Of a stretch of DNA of 32,648 bases, positions 1 to 8,500 are shown one piece after another (the stretch's first letter is position 1; every line of letters begins with the position of its first letter). The translations under genes and the position numbers were made by a program. Location: the IMG/VR virus record IMGVR_UViG_3300011339_000531, positions 1-32,648 of that record, one strand, 5' to 3'. This DNA is from a virus. Taxonomy: Duplodnaviria > Caudoviricetes. Below the pieces are notes generated by a model. The model saw only the letters and a program-made list of their open reading frames with translations, did not search any database and was not told the origin of the DNA.

Positions 1-2
1 CT

Positions 3-209
3 GCAACCTTCTTAACAGTATTAGTAGAAGCATTTATGACGGATGCAACGACTGCGAGTACTTATTACAGATTACTAACAGATGATGGCAAAATCCTTAC
101 TGACGGACGCTACCAAATGACGGAGGAACAATTCAAAGAATGGGGACGTGATAACTCGGTAGTCGACGATTACGTTGCGGAATATTTAGGTGTAACAATT
201 ATTTCTTAA
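3..209 (+). CDS. 5'-truncated small hypothetical protein, possibly tail-fibre-associated
   Basis: Frame +3 is open from the window start to TAA at 207-209: ATFLTVLVEAFMTDATTASTYYRLLTDDGKILTDGRYQMTEEQFKEWGRDNSVVDDYVAEYLGVTIIS. Not in the ORF track because the start lies outside the window. Function inferred only from position before the lysis genes and recalled similarity to small Bacteroidota phage proteins. Confidence 0.7.
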   Translation, partial: ATFLTVLVEAFMTDATTASTYYRLLTDDGKILTDGRYQMTEEQFKEWGRDNSVVDDYVAEYLGVTIIS

Positions 210-229
210 TACTATTTTAGTAAAAAGAA

Positions 230-260
230 TTTGCAAAGTATCTAAAAAAGAATAACTTTG
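230..260 (+). promoter_or_regulatory. Bacteroidota primary-sigma-type promoter (-33 TTTG / -7 TAnnTTTG) upstream of the lysis cassette
   Basis: TTTG at 230-233 and TAACTTTG at 253-260, 19 nt apart, in the 210-309 intergenic gap. Matches the Bacteroides/Flavobacterium consensus. Confidence 0.75.
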
Positions 261-264
261 TGAC

Positions 265-278
265 TGCGTGTAAACGCA
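265..278 (+). other. Short hairpin with GNRA tetraloop at the 5' end of the predicted lysis transcript
   Basis: TGCGT-GTAA-ACGCA: perfect 5-bp stem, GC-rich against an AT-rich background, directly after the -7 element. No U-tract follows, so it is not a terminator. Confidence 0.45.
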
Positions 279-309
279 ATTGGCGTAGTATTAATTTAAT
301 AACAAAAAA

Positions 310-528
310 ATGACAGCAGATCAAACCACACAAGCTCCGAGACAGATTGTCTTAAATGAAGAAAACCTTAAAAATTTAGAAGCGTACATCAGTGAGATGC
401 CTACTAAATTAGGACTTCCTTTAATCAACTTTTTGAATCAGCTTGCTCAAGAACAAGCAAATGAAAAAAGTTCTATGGAGTCTGTTACTGATAACGCTAA
501 TAGCGTGCAGTCCAGCGAAAAGATTTAA
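310..528 (+). CDS. Small helical hypothetical protein (72 aa)
   Basis: ATG preceded by an A-rich leader (aacaaaaaa), as typical for Bacteroidota initiation regions. Amphipathic helical core LKNLEAYISEMPTKLGLPLINFLNQLAQEQ. Its 3' end overlaps the next gene. Confidence 0.75.
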   Translation: MTADQTTQAPRQIVLNEENLKNLEAYISEMPTKLGLPLINFLNQLAQEQANEKSSMESVTDNANSVQSSEKI

Positions 529-907
529 TAGGCTTATAACTAAGCACCCTGAGTTGCTTACTATTGATAGTGTTATTATACACGACACTATTACTTTGTA
601 TGTACCAGAAGTACATACTGACACAGTAGTAACTCTAAAGCAATTAACTGATACGGTAACTTTAACGAAAGATAGAGTTACCGTTAAAGCTTGGTATGTA
701 CCTACAGAGAAAAAGGTTTACATACAAGGCAAATGTGATCCAGTGTACATCACTAAAGTGATCACTAAAAAAATTCCTATAAAATACTACGAACACTATC
801 CCTGGTGGAAAAAGTTTCTCAATAATCTTCTAGCATTTTTACTTATTATTGGCATTATCTATTTAGTATATAAACTAATCACTAAATATTTTAAGATTGT
901 ATTATAA
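461..907 (+). CDS. Candidate unimolecular spanin (lipoprotein with C-terminal transmembrane helix)
   Basis: ATG at 461 gives MKKVLWSLLLITLIA-C (lipobox Cys16, nt 506-508), a beta-rich middle and a C-terminal TM helix LLAFLLIIGIIYLVY. Lies directly before holin and endolysin. Same topology as T1 gp11. Confidence 0.72.
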   Translation: MKKVLWSLLLITLIACSPAKRFNRLITKHPELLTIDSVIIHDTITLYVPEVHTDTVVTLKQLTDTVTLTKDRVTVKAWYVPTEKKVYIQGKCDPVYITKVITKKIPIKYYEHYPWWKKFLNNLLAFLLIIGIIYLVYKLITKYFKIVL

Positions 908-929
908 TATGTAAAATTACTAAGAAGTC

Positions 930-1427
930 ATGAAAGAAAAAATTACACTATTAGTTGTGGGAATTGGAGCAGTAGTAGCTCCTGTAGAAGTATGTGCGTT
1001 GTTACTAATGTTTGTAATCTTTATAGATACACTAGTAAAATTAATTTCTCTTAAAAAAATTGCGTGCACAGAAAATAGAAAATACAGAGATGTATTTAAA
1101 TCAAGATTATTAAGAAGAGGTTATGTTTTTAAAGCAGCAGGATATTATATTTTTGCTGGAGCTTTATTTCCTTTAGACTATTACGCATTAACTCCTTTTA
1201 GTCAAGAACTAATTAAAACATTAGGGTATACTATAACTTTACCTACTACAGCTATTTACACCAATTTATTACTTTGCATATTTGCATTAATAGAATTAGC
1301 ATCTATAAACGAAAATTGGTTTGATATCACAGGTAATAATATGCTTAAATCTGTGTTTGATATAGTAAAGAAAATCAGAGGGACTATCGAGAAAATCTCG
1401 GATACATACAAAAACATAAAAAATTAA
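930..1427 (+). CDS. Holin (phage holin family 4-like)
   Basis: About 3 hydrophobic segments, the ELASINEN signature (E-x-x-S-I-x-E-N), a basic C-terminal tail, and position immediately upstream of the endolysin. Confidence 0.8.
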   Translation: MKEKITLLVVGIGAVVAPVEVCALLLMFVIFIDTLVKLISLKKIACTENRKYRDVFKSRLLRRGYVFKAAGYYIFAGALFPLDYYALTPFSQELIKTLGYTITLPTTAIYTNLLLCIFALIELASINENWFDITGNNMLKSVFDIVKKIRGTIEKISDTYKNIKN

Positions 1428-1430
1428 TTT

Positions 1431-1949
1431 ATGAGTTATGACTTTCTAAAATCGGAAACTTCTCCGAAACTCCTTGTTGAAGCAGTGAAGCTATTAGGAA
1501 CCAAAGAAGTAGTAGGCAAAGTACACAATCCTGTAATTCTAGGATGGGCAAAGGAAGTAGGTTTAAGTAAAGTTTATACAGCAGATGAGATTCCATGGTG
1601 CGGTTTAGCAATTGCTTATGCTTGTCATCAAGCAGGAGTAGAAGTAGTAGACAAGCCATTATGGGCTTTATCCTGGGCTAATTACGGAACAAAAGTAAGT
1701 GAGCCAATGCTAGGAGATATTTTAACATTTAAAAGAGATGGTGGTGGACATGTAGGAATATATGTTGGCGAAGATAAAGAATGTTATCACGTGCTTGGTG
1801 GAAATCAAGGAAACGCAATGAGTGTAACTAGAATTGTAAAATCAAGATTGTACCAAGCAAGGAGAACTAAATGGAAAGTTGCCCAACCAGCAAATGTTCG
1901 TAAAGTAATTTTAGATGCTAAAGGTGCTATCAGCCAAAACGAAGCATAA
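1431..1949 (+). CDS. Endolysin, TIGR02594-like CHAP/NlpC-P60 Cys-His peptidoglycan hydrolase
   Basis: Motifs DEIPWCG (catalytic Cys), ALSWANYG, GDILTFKR, GGGHVGIYVG (catalytic His) and VLGGNQGN. Follows the holin. Confidence 0.88.
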   Translation: MSYDFLKSETSPKLLVEAVKLLGTKEVVGKVHNPVILGWAKEVGLSKVYTADEIPWCGLAIAYACHQAGVEVVDKPLWALSWANYGTKVSEPMLGDILTFKRDGGGHVGIYVGEDKECYHVLGGNQGNAMSVTRIVKSRLYQARRTKWKVAQPANVRKVILDAKGAISQNEA

Positions 1950-2827
1950 TGGAATTAATTAGGCATGCAAAAAATATCCATGAATTAAAGATTAATGGAT
2001 CAAAAGTTAAGATTGGAATGTTTTCTGATATACACTGGGATAATCCTAAATGTGATTGGGATTTACTAAAAAAAGATTTAAATTATTGTGTTAAAGAATC
2101 TATCCCCATTGTGTTCAACGGAGACACGTTTTGCCTCATGCAAGGAAAATGGGATCCACGTGGCACTAAATCAGACATACGTCCTGAGCATAATAACATT
2201 AAGTATTTAGATAGCATCGTAGAAACAGCAGTAGATTTCTTTTCACCATACGCACACTTAATTACTGTGATTGGTTATGGTAACCACGAGACTTCTGTAA
2301 TTAAACGCCAAGAGACTGACATACTTCAACGCTTTGTTGACTTGCTTAACTACAAGAATAAAAGTAATGTTCAAACAGGTGGTTACGGAGGTTGGTTGAT
2401 TATTAATCAAGAAGTTCGTTCAGGTAACTCATTAACTACTAGAGTAAAATATTTTCATGGATCAGGTGGTGGCGGTATCGTTACACGTGGGGAAATCAAT
2501 CTGACAAGAGCCCTTGAGATGTATGAGGATTTTGATGTGTTTGCTATGGGGCATATTCATGAAAACAAATGCACTAACATAGCCCGTGATGCAGTTGAAC
2601 ACCACCCTGTAAAAGGTTACTTTCATAGGCAACGACAAATACATTTAATGATTACGGGTACTTACAAAGAAGAGTATGGAGATGGCTCGAAAGGATGGCA
2701 CGTTGAGAGAGGAGCTCCTCCAAAACCTGTAGGAAGTAGAATCTTAATAATTGATACAAGAAGAGATACATCTAATAATAAAGATGTTACATTAAAATCA
2801 ATTGATAGTACTAAGTTCCCTATTTAA
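1949..2827 (+). CDS. Calcineurin-like metallophosphoesterase
   Basis: All five motifs in order: SDIH, NGD, GNHE, FHG, GHIH. TAATG overlap with the endolysin stop. Confidence 0.9.
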   Translation: MELIRHAKNIHELKINGSKVKIGMFSDIHWDNPKCDWDLLKKDLNYCVKESIPIVFNGDTFCLMQGKWDPRGTKSDIRPEHNNIKYLDSIVETAVDFFSPYAHLITVIGYGNHETSVIKRQETDILQRFVDLLNYKNKSNVQTGGYGGWLIINQEVRSGNSLTTRVKYFHGSGGGGIVTRGEINLTRALEMYEDFDVFAMGHIHENKCTNIARDAVEHHPVKGYFHRQRQIHLMITGTYKEEYGDGSKGWHVERGAPPKPVGSRILIIDTRRDTSNNKDVTLKSIDSTKFPI

Positions 2828-2848
2828 TATTTTTTTTATATTTACCTT

Positions 2849-3007
2849 ATGAAACTAAGAAACAATTGGAAAACAACTAATAAGCAATGGGATAAAATCA
2901 TGATTAGATTTAGAATCTCTGCTTTAGATTTAATTAATATTGAGATAGACAAGTCAAGAAACTTCTATCTTATTACTATTTTTAACATCACTTTAAAGAA
3001 TAGATAA
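2849..3007 (+). CDS. Small hypothetical protein (52 aa), below the ORF-track cutoff
   Basis: MKLRNNWKTTNKQWDKIMIRFRISALDLINIEIDKSRNFYLITIFNITLKNR, TAA at 3005-3007. Fills the gap and is TAATG-coupled to the next ORF. Confidence 0.72.
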   Translation: MKLRNNWKTTNKQWDKIMIRFRISALDLINIEIDKSRNFYLITIFNITLKNR

Positions 3008-3147
3008 TGGCTAAGATTAAAGATAATACAGGAAGCGCTAAAGTAAATGTAAAAGTCTCACGTCCAGGAGTACACGCTAAAACTCGAACTTCTAAGCTTA
3101 AAAGTTCTAAGAACTATAAAAAAGCTTACGGCGGTCAGGGAAGATAA
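3007..3147 (+). CDS. Small highly basic protein (46 aa) ending KKAYGGQGR
   Basis: MAKIKDNTGSAKVNVKVSRPGVHAKTRTSKLKSSKNYKKAYGGQGR, TAA at 3145-3147, TAATG overlap at the start. Resembles (from recall) small phage proteins ending KKYRGQGR. Confidence 0.78.
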   Translation: MAKIKDNTGSAKVNVKVSRPGVHAKTRTSKLKSSKNYKKAYGGQGR

Positions 3148-3158
3148 TTAATTAATCG

Positions 3159-3166
3159 TATATTTG
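3159..3166 (+). promoter_or_regulatory. Bacteroidota -7 promoter element upstream of the tail block
   Basis: TATATTTG matches TAnnTTTG in the 3148-3171 gap and ends 5 nt before the ATG at 3172. No clear -33 TTTG. Confidence 0.55.
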
Positions 3167-3171
3167 TAATT

Positions 3172-3888
3172 ATGTTATCACTAAATGATTTACATGCTCA
3201 GATTGATGAGTCGTTAGAAATAAACTCAATAGAGTCCTCAAATTCCTATGAGCTCTACACGGATTTAATTAACGAACAAAGATCTCTATGGATTAGAAAC
3301 GAGTATAACAAAAATCGTAGTATAGATCCATATATACTACAAGAGATAACATGTCTAGAATTAGAATTAGTTAATCCTATCGATTGCTGTATCGATGTAC
3401 CTGCAGGATGCAAAGTATTGAGAACAGTAAAAGAAATTCCTAATACTGTTGAGTTTTTCTTTACAAAAGGTTTAGAAAGTGTTGGTCCTGCAGATATAAT
3501 GAAACCTAGATTTATTTTAATAGATTATTCTAGAGTTGCTTATGTTGGTCACGGTAGAACTACTCAAAAAAGTATCTATGCTTTCTTTTACGGAAAGCAT
3601 TTGTATATTACTAGTAAAGCATCTAGCCATTTAATGATGAAGTACCTAAGCATCAGAGGAGTATTTGAAGACCCTACTGAGCTACAAGGTTACTACAACT
3701 GTGCGGGTGAAACTCCTTGTTGGACATCCTCAAGTGCTTACCCATTAAACATGTGGATGTGGGCATATATTAAACCATTAGTACTTCAGCAATTGATGCA
3801 GAAAGGAATCAATCAAAAAGATGAAGCTAATAATGCACAAGATCAAAAAAGTAGTTTAGGCATAGGAGGACAACCAAGTGGAGGATAA
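3172..3888 (+). CDS. Tail ring / tubular (adaptor-type) protein, crAss-like
   Basis: 238 aa with N-terminal helices, a beta core with IRGVFEDP, and C-terminal YPL...IKPLVLQ. Size and position two genes before a second ring-like gene and the muzzle match the crAss-like tail block. Confidence 0.68.
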   Translation: MLSLNDLHAQIDESLEINSIESSNSYELYTDLINEQRSLWIRNEYNKNRSIDPYILQEITCLELELVNPIDCCIDVPAGCKVLRTVKEIPNTVEFFFTKGLESVGPADIMKPRFILIDYSRVAYVGHGRTTQKSIYAFFYGKHLYITSKASSHLMMKYLSIRGVFEDPTELQGYYNCAGETPCWTSSSAYPLNMWMWAYIKPLVLQQLMQKGINQKDEANNAQDQKSSLGIGGQPSGG

Positions 3889-4417
3889 TAGTTTTTTAAA
3901 AAGAGGCAAAGGTAAGATAGCTGGTGATATCAAGAAGGACCAGTTTTATAAATACTACTCAGAGAACGCAAAAGAAAAAGTAGTTGAGCGCAGTGTTTAT
4001 AATAAATTTTTACGAGATTTGTTAAGTATTTTTAGTACAGAAATTGTAGAGACAGGCTTAGAACTAAAGATAAACCGAGTAGGTAAACTTAGGATCAGAA
4101 GCAAAGAAATGCATTTCTTTAAAAAGAATGGAGAACGATCCAAAAGTTTAAAGGTAAATTGGGCAGCTACTTGGGAATACTGGGAAACTAAATATCCAGA
4201 ATTAACAAGAGATGAGATTACAAAGATAAATAATAAGACATTAATTTATCACGAGAATGATCATACTAATCAAGAATACTATGAGCATTTTTGGGATAAT
4301 TTTACAACTAATTTAAAATATAAGAGTTTTTATACTTTTAAAGCATCTAGACAATTTTCTAGATTAATTGCTCAAGTAGTTAAAGACCCTAACCGTAAAA
4401 CATTTTATTATGGATAA
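3878..4417 (+). CDS. IHF/HU-like DNA-binding protein of crAss-like phages
   Basis: GTG start. Basic protein with HU-like pattern: helix, LKINRVGKLRIR strands, long arm containing VNWAATWEYW, then FKASRQFSRLIAQVV. Syntenic with the IHF-like gene in crAss-like tail blocks. Confidence 0.72.
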   Translation: MEDNSFLKRGKGKIAGDIKKDQFYKYYSENAKEKVVERSVYNKFLRDLLSIFSTEIVETGLELKINRVGKLRIRSKEMHFFKKNGERSKSLKVNWAATWEYWETKYPELTRDEITKINNKTLIYHENDHTNQEYYEHFWDNFTTNLKYKSFYTFKASRQFSRLIAQVVKDPNRKTFYYG

Positions 4418-4685
4418 TGAATCAATGAACAACGAAAACTCTTCAACTGACGTAGAATCAGTAGTAAAAACTACTCGCAAAGAATTTGAAGATGGTAGTT
4501 ATGAAGAGACAAGAATTGAACAAGTAGAAGGAGGTTTTATTAAAACTGTTTGTACTCGTAAAAAAGTAAATGGCGAGTGGACTTACAAAGATGAAAAATC
4601 TGTAAGCACAGAAGATCCTTCTTTAGATAAAACTTCTGAAGGTATTGCAAGTCGCTTAGAATCAGTGCTTAAAAACTTAATGTAA
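4410..4685 (+). CDS. Acidic hypothetical protein (91 aa)
   Basis: Overlaps the genes on both sides. E/D/S/T-rich with predicted beta-hairpins. No family recognised. Confidence 0.7.
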   Translation: MDNESMNNENSSTDVESVVKTTRKEFEDGSYEETRIEQVEGGFIKTVCTRKKVNGEWTYKDEKSVSTEDPSLDKTSEGIASRLESVLKNLM

Positions 4686-5509
4686 TGTACTCAGGTAAAA
4701 CAGTCTCCTACAAAACAATCCTTGATAAAACTATCAGGGATTTTGGTTTTAACTACGACGTCAAAGAAGAAGAAGGTGTTGAGTGGCTTGCAGAGTTTAT
4801 GGCGCATACTAATGTGCCTGTAACTATGGAGGAGAAAATCGCTTATATTCAAATTTGCGATGGGAGAGGTGATTTACCTTTTGATTTATATAAGATAGGA
4901 CAAACTGCTCATATTGTAGGAGTAAGTACTATTGAAGAAGCTGAATGTGGTAAAGGAAGAATGTATCCAATGCGTTGGAAAACTGATTACTTCCACAACA
5001 GATATCATTTAGATGATAGAGATTACACTACCGAGGGTCGCGAGACTTATACCGTAGGACAAGGATACATCTTTGGTTCTATGAATGAAGGTATCGTAGC
5101 AATGTCATACAGTGCTATACCTACCGACGAGTGTGGATACCCTACTATTCCTGCAGAGCAACAATGGTTGGAAGCAGGTGCTCATTACATTGCACAACGT
5201 ATTGCTCGCAAGTTATTAATCCGTGGAGAAATTAACCCACAGGTTTATCAAATGATTGAGCAAGATAAAGAATGGTACTTTGCACAAGCAGTAAACCATG
5301 CAAAACAATGGAACGGTGTAGACGAAGCAGAGACAGTGAAAAACTCAGTAGTTCGTACTATTCCACAATTACAAGACCATGCATCTTTCTTTGCAAATAT
5401 GCAGTTACCTGAACAACGTAAATTTAGACCTAAGTCTGGTGTAGCATTAGTATCTACCATCAATGCTGTATCACCAAGTGTCAATGGGCCTAACCCAGCA
5501 ACATCCTAA
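4685..5509 (+). CDS. Tail tubular / ring (head-tail adaptor) protein, crAss-like
   Basis: 274 aa with VSYKTILDKTIRDFG, LPFDL, YSAIPTDECGYPTIP and WYFAQA. Immediately precedes the muzzle gene, as the tubular tail gene does in crAss-like phages. Confidence 0.75.
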   Translation: MYSGKTVSYKTILDKTIRDFGFNYDVKEEEGVEWLAEFMAHTNVPVTMEEKIAYIQICDGRGDLPFDLYKIGQTAHIVGVSTIEEAECGKGRMYPMRWKTDYFHNRYHLDDRDYTTEGRETYTVGQGYIFGSMNEGIVAMSYSAIPTDECGYPTIPAEQQWLEAGAHYIAQRIARKLLIRGEINPQVYQMIEQDKEWYFAQAVNHAKQWNGVDEAETVKNSVVRTIPQLQDHASFFANMQLPEQRKFRPKSGVALVSTINAVSPSVNGPNPATS

Positions 5510-5518
5510 TAGTTTAAC

Positions 5519-8500
5519 ATGGAGCAACATATAAATACCTACCAAGGAATGAATAAAGATACTGCCTACGATAGTTTGGCAGCTACTTTTTATATTGATG
5601 CTTTAGATATTAGAATTACAACAACTACAGGAGAATCACTTGGAGGGTATACTAACATTAAAGGTAATAGTCTTGCAGTCAAATTAGAAACAGAAGGAGA
5701 ATTTAATGGTGATGTTTGGACAGCATTAAATCCTGTAGTAATAGGATATGCTACTATTAGAACAAAGATTATTCTTTTTGTTGCTGATGATGAAGGAAAC
5801 AAAGGTTGGATATATAATTTAGAGTATGATCCAGCAGATAAATCAATTATTGTTTTTGATCTTATATATTATAATAAGTTTCTTAACTTCAAAAAAAAAT
5901 GGCCAATTGAGGCATTAGGTCGTTACGAAGCAGAATGTACACAAAGAGTTTATTGGACAGATTACAATAATTTCTTTAGATCTTTAAATGTAGTAGATCC
6001 AAATTTAGCTACTTTGCCTTTAGGTTTAGTAGATATCTTTCCCGATGTTAAGTTTACTCAACCACTGCTAACTACGGTAGCAGGAGGAGGATCTTTGAGT
6101 ACAGGAGTATATCAAATTGCTTATAGATTAATTACCCAGGACGGAAAAGAAACTTTAATCTCTCCCCCAAGTAATTTAATTCATATTGTTTCAGACAGCG
6201 AGTCAGGTATTCCTTCTAATCAATACAATGGTAACAGTACTGTAGTTAATAGCGGCAAAGCAATTACTATTACTTTAGATACTTCTAACTATTGGGACTT
6301 CTACAAAATAGAGTTTATTGGTATTTATAAATCCTCTGATACAGCAACTACTTCCGTAGTTTCTATTGAGCAAATGACTATTGCTAATCAAGCTACTATT
6401 ACATTTACTTATACAGGAGGAGAAACCACTATTTTTGATTTAGAGTTACTAGATTTTCTTTCCAGAAACTATGCTTTTAAAACTCCAAAAACTATCACGC
6501 AAAAAGATAACTCTTTATTAATTGCTAATATCAAAGAATCAGTAGTAAGTCTCAAGGATCTTTTACCTGATGGGGAAACATTTAATTCTCTTACAGGAAG
6601 ATACAACAGTGCTGGAGATTTACCTACATTAGACCCTTTAGAAAATGCCTTTAACACTGCTTATAATTCTGATGCACACTGGAATCCAGATTGGCAAACA
6701 GATTCTCAATATAGATATTTATCTAATGGTATAAGACTAGGAGGACAAGGTCCTAATATTCAATATACATTTCATTTAGAACCGTTTACTTTAGATAATA
6801 CTAATAATTTATCTACTAATATAGGACAAACTTTTGTACCTTCAAGTCCTGATGTAACTGCTCATGATTTAAATGATGGATACGGACCATATGCTAATAC
6901 TACTTTTCCTAATCATGCTTCTCCGTTTATTTCAGGATTACTAAGAGGATATAAACGAGGAGAAACTTATCGTTTTGGAATAGTATTCTACACTAATAAA
7001 GGAGAGACTACATTTGTAGAATATATTGGAGATATTAAATTCCCTGACATTTCTGAAGTAGATTCTGTTACTAATGATTCTGGTTATAGATTTTGGCCTA
7101 TTAGCTCTAAAAAAGATTTAAATGGTAGTACTACAGGTTACGCAATGGGTATTCAGTTTAAGATAGATTTTAATACGTGTCCAGGTTTATTAGATCAAAT
7201 TACAGGCTACCAGATTGTTAGAGTAAAAAGAGAAAATGTAGATAAAAGAAGGTTGACTCAAGGATTGCTTAAAGGGTTTTATTATAATCCTATTTTACCT
7301 ACTGACCCTAATGACCCTCCACCATATGATTTTGATTTAAGAGTTAATAAAAATCATAATGTAGTTCATATTTATCCGTATTATCCAATGGGTTCTGATT
7401 CGGGTGATCCTATAGCAAATAATGCTTCTTTTGCTACATTAGAAGATTCATCAGGAAGTAGTTACATACCAGAATTTAGCGATTATAAAAGATTAGGTGC
7501 TTATTTAGGGTTCTATTCTCCAGAAATATCTTTTGATAAAAATAATGTAGCAGATTTAATGTTAAACTTAGGAACTAATCCTTGTTTATTAATTACAGGT
7601 GCTTACACAAATAGACAATTTTCTGGAAGTGGGGTTTACGATTGGAGTTCTGAAAATTTAGGTGAAAGCTCTAGAGACTATAGAACATTATATTATGATA
7701 CTTTTCCTGTAAATACTGGTATTGAAAATATTAAACGTTGGCAATTTAATGCTAAATTAAAAATGGAAGATACTTCTGATTATAGTTCTAAAGTAACTCC
7801 TATGTTTAGTGGGTATTATATGCGAAATTATTGGTGTATGGATGATTTCACCAGTAGTAACATAAATACTAATCCAAATCAACCTCAAGCAGGCGGTGGG
7901 TCTAATAATATACCAGAAATCTATAAAGGAGGATCAAGCGTTATAGGTAAAGTTGCTAAAATTTCTACTGACTTTTTTACTAATACACCTATAGTAGGGT
8001 CTACAGCAGATTATTTTAAAGCACCTACTGATGTATTTCCTTTAAACAGAACTACTTTTGCAGTAAATACTGACTATGATAATTGCTTTCCTATTACAGA
8101 ATGTATTCTTCCAAAATCAGAAGTATATGGAGGATATACACAAAATAGTTTAGAAGCTAACCAGTTTATGCCAGCTTCCCCTATTATAGATCCCACTAAT
8201 CCAAATCCTAGAGTATTTGGCGGAGATATATTTATTAATATGTTTGTAGTTCAAACAGGTTTAGTAGAATTTCGTACTCAATTTTATCAAGGAAATCAAA
8301 AGTATCGCAGGGACAATACTAATACAGATATAGTAGCTTTAGAAAGTGATTTAAATCTTGAATTGGCAAATGGTGCAACTCTTCGTACAGGAGTTATATA
8401 TGAATTTGGAAATTTAGCTAATCCGCAGTTTAGACAAGAAACTAATAATAAAGAAGCTATATATGCTGAAGTATTAAATATGTATAATTATAATACAGTA

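Noticed and set aside
443-460. TTG start proposed by the track for the spanin-like gene
   Set aside because: ATG at 461 has an A-rich context and gives a canonical-length lipoprotein signal peptide (MKK, hydrophobic core, Cys16).
2828-2848. T-run after the phosphoesterase as a possible intrinsic terminator
   Set aside because: No GC-rich stem precedes the T tract.
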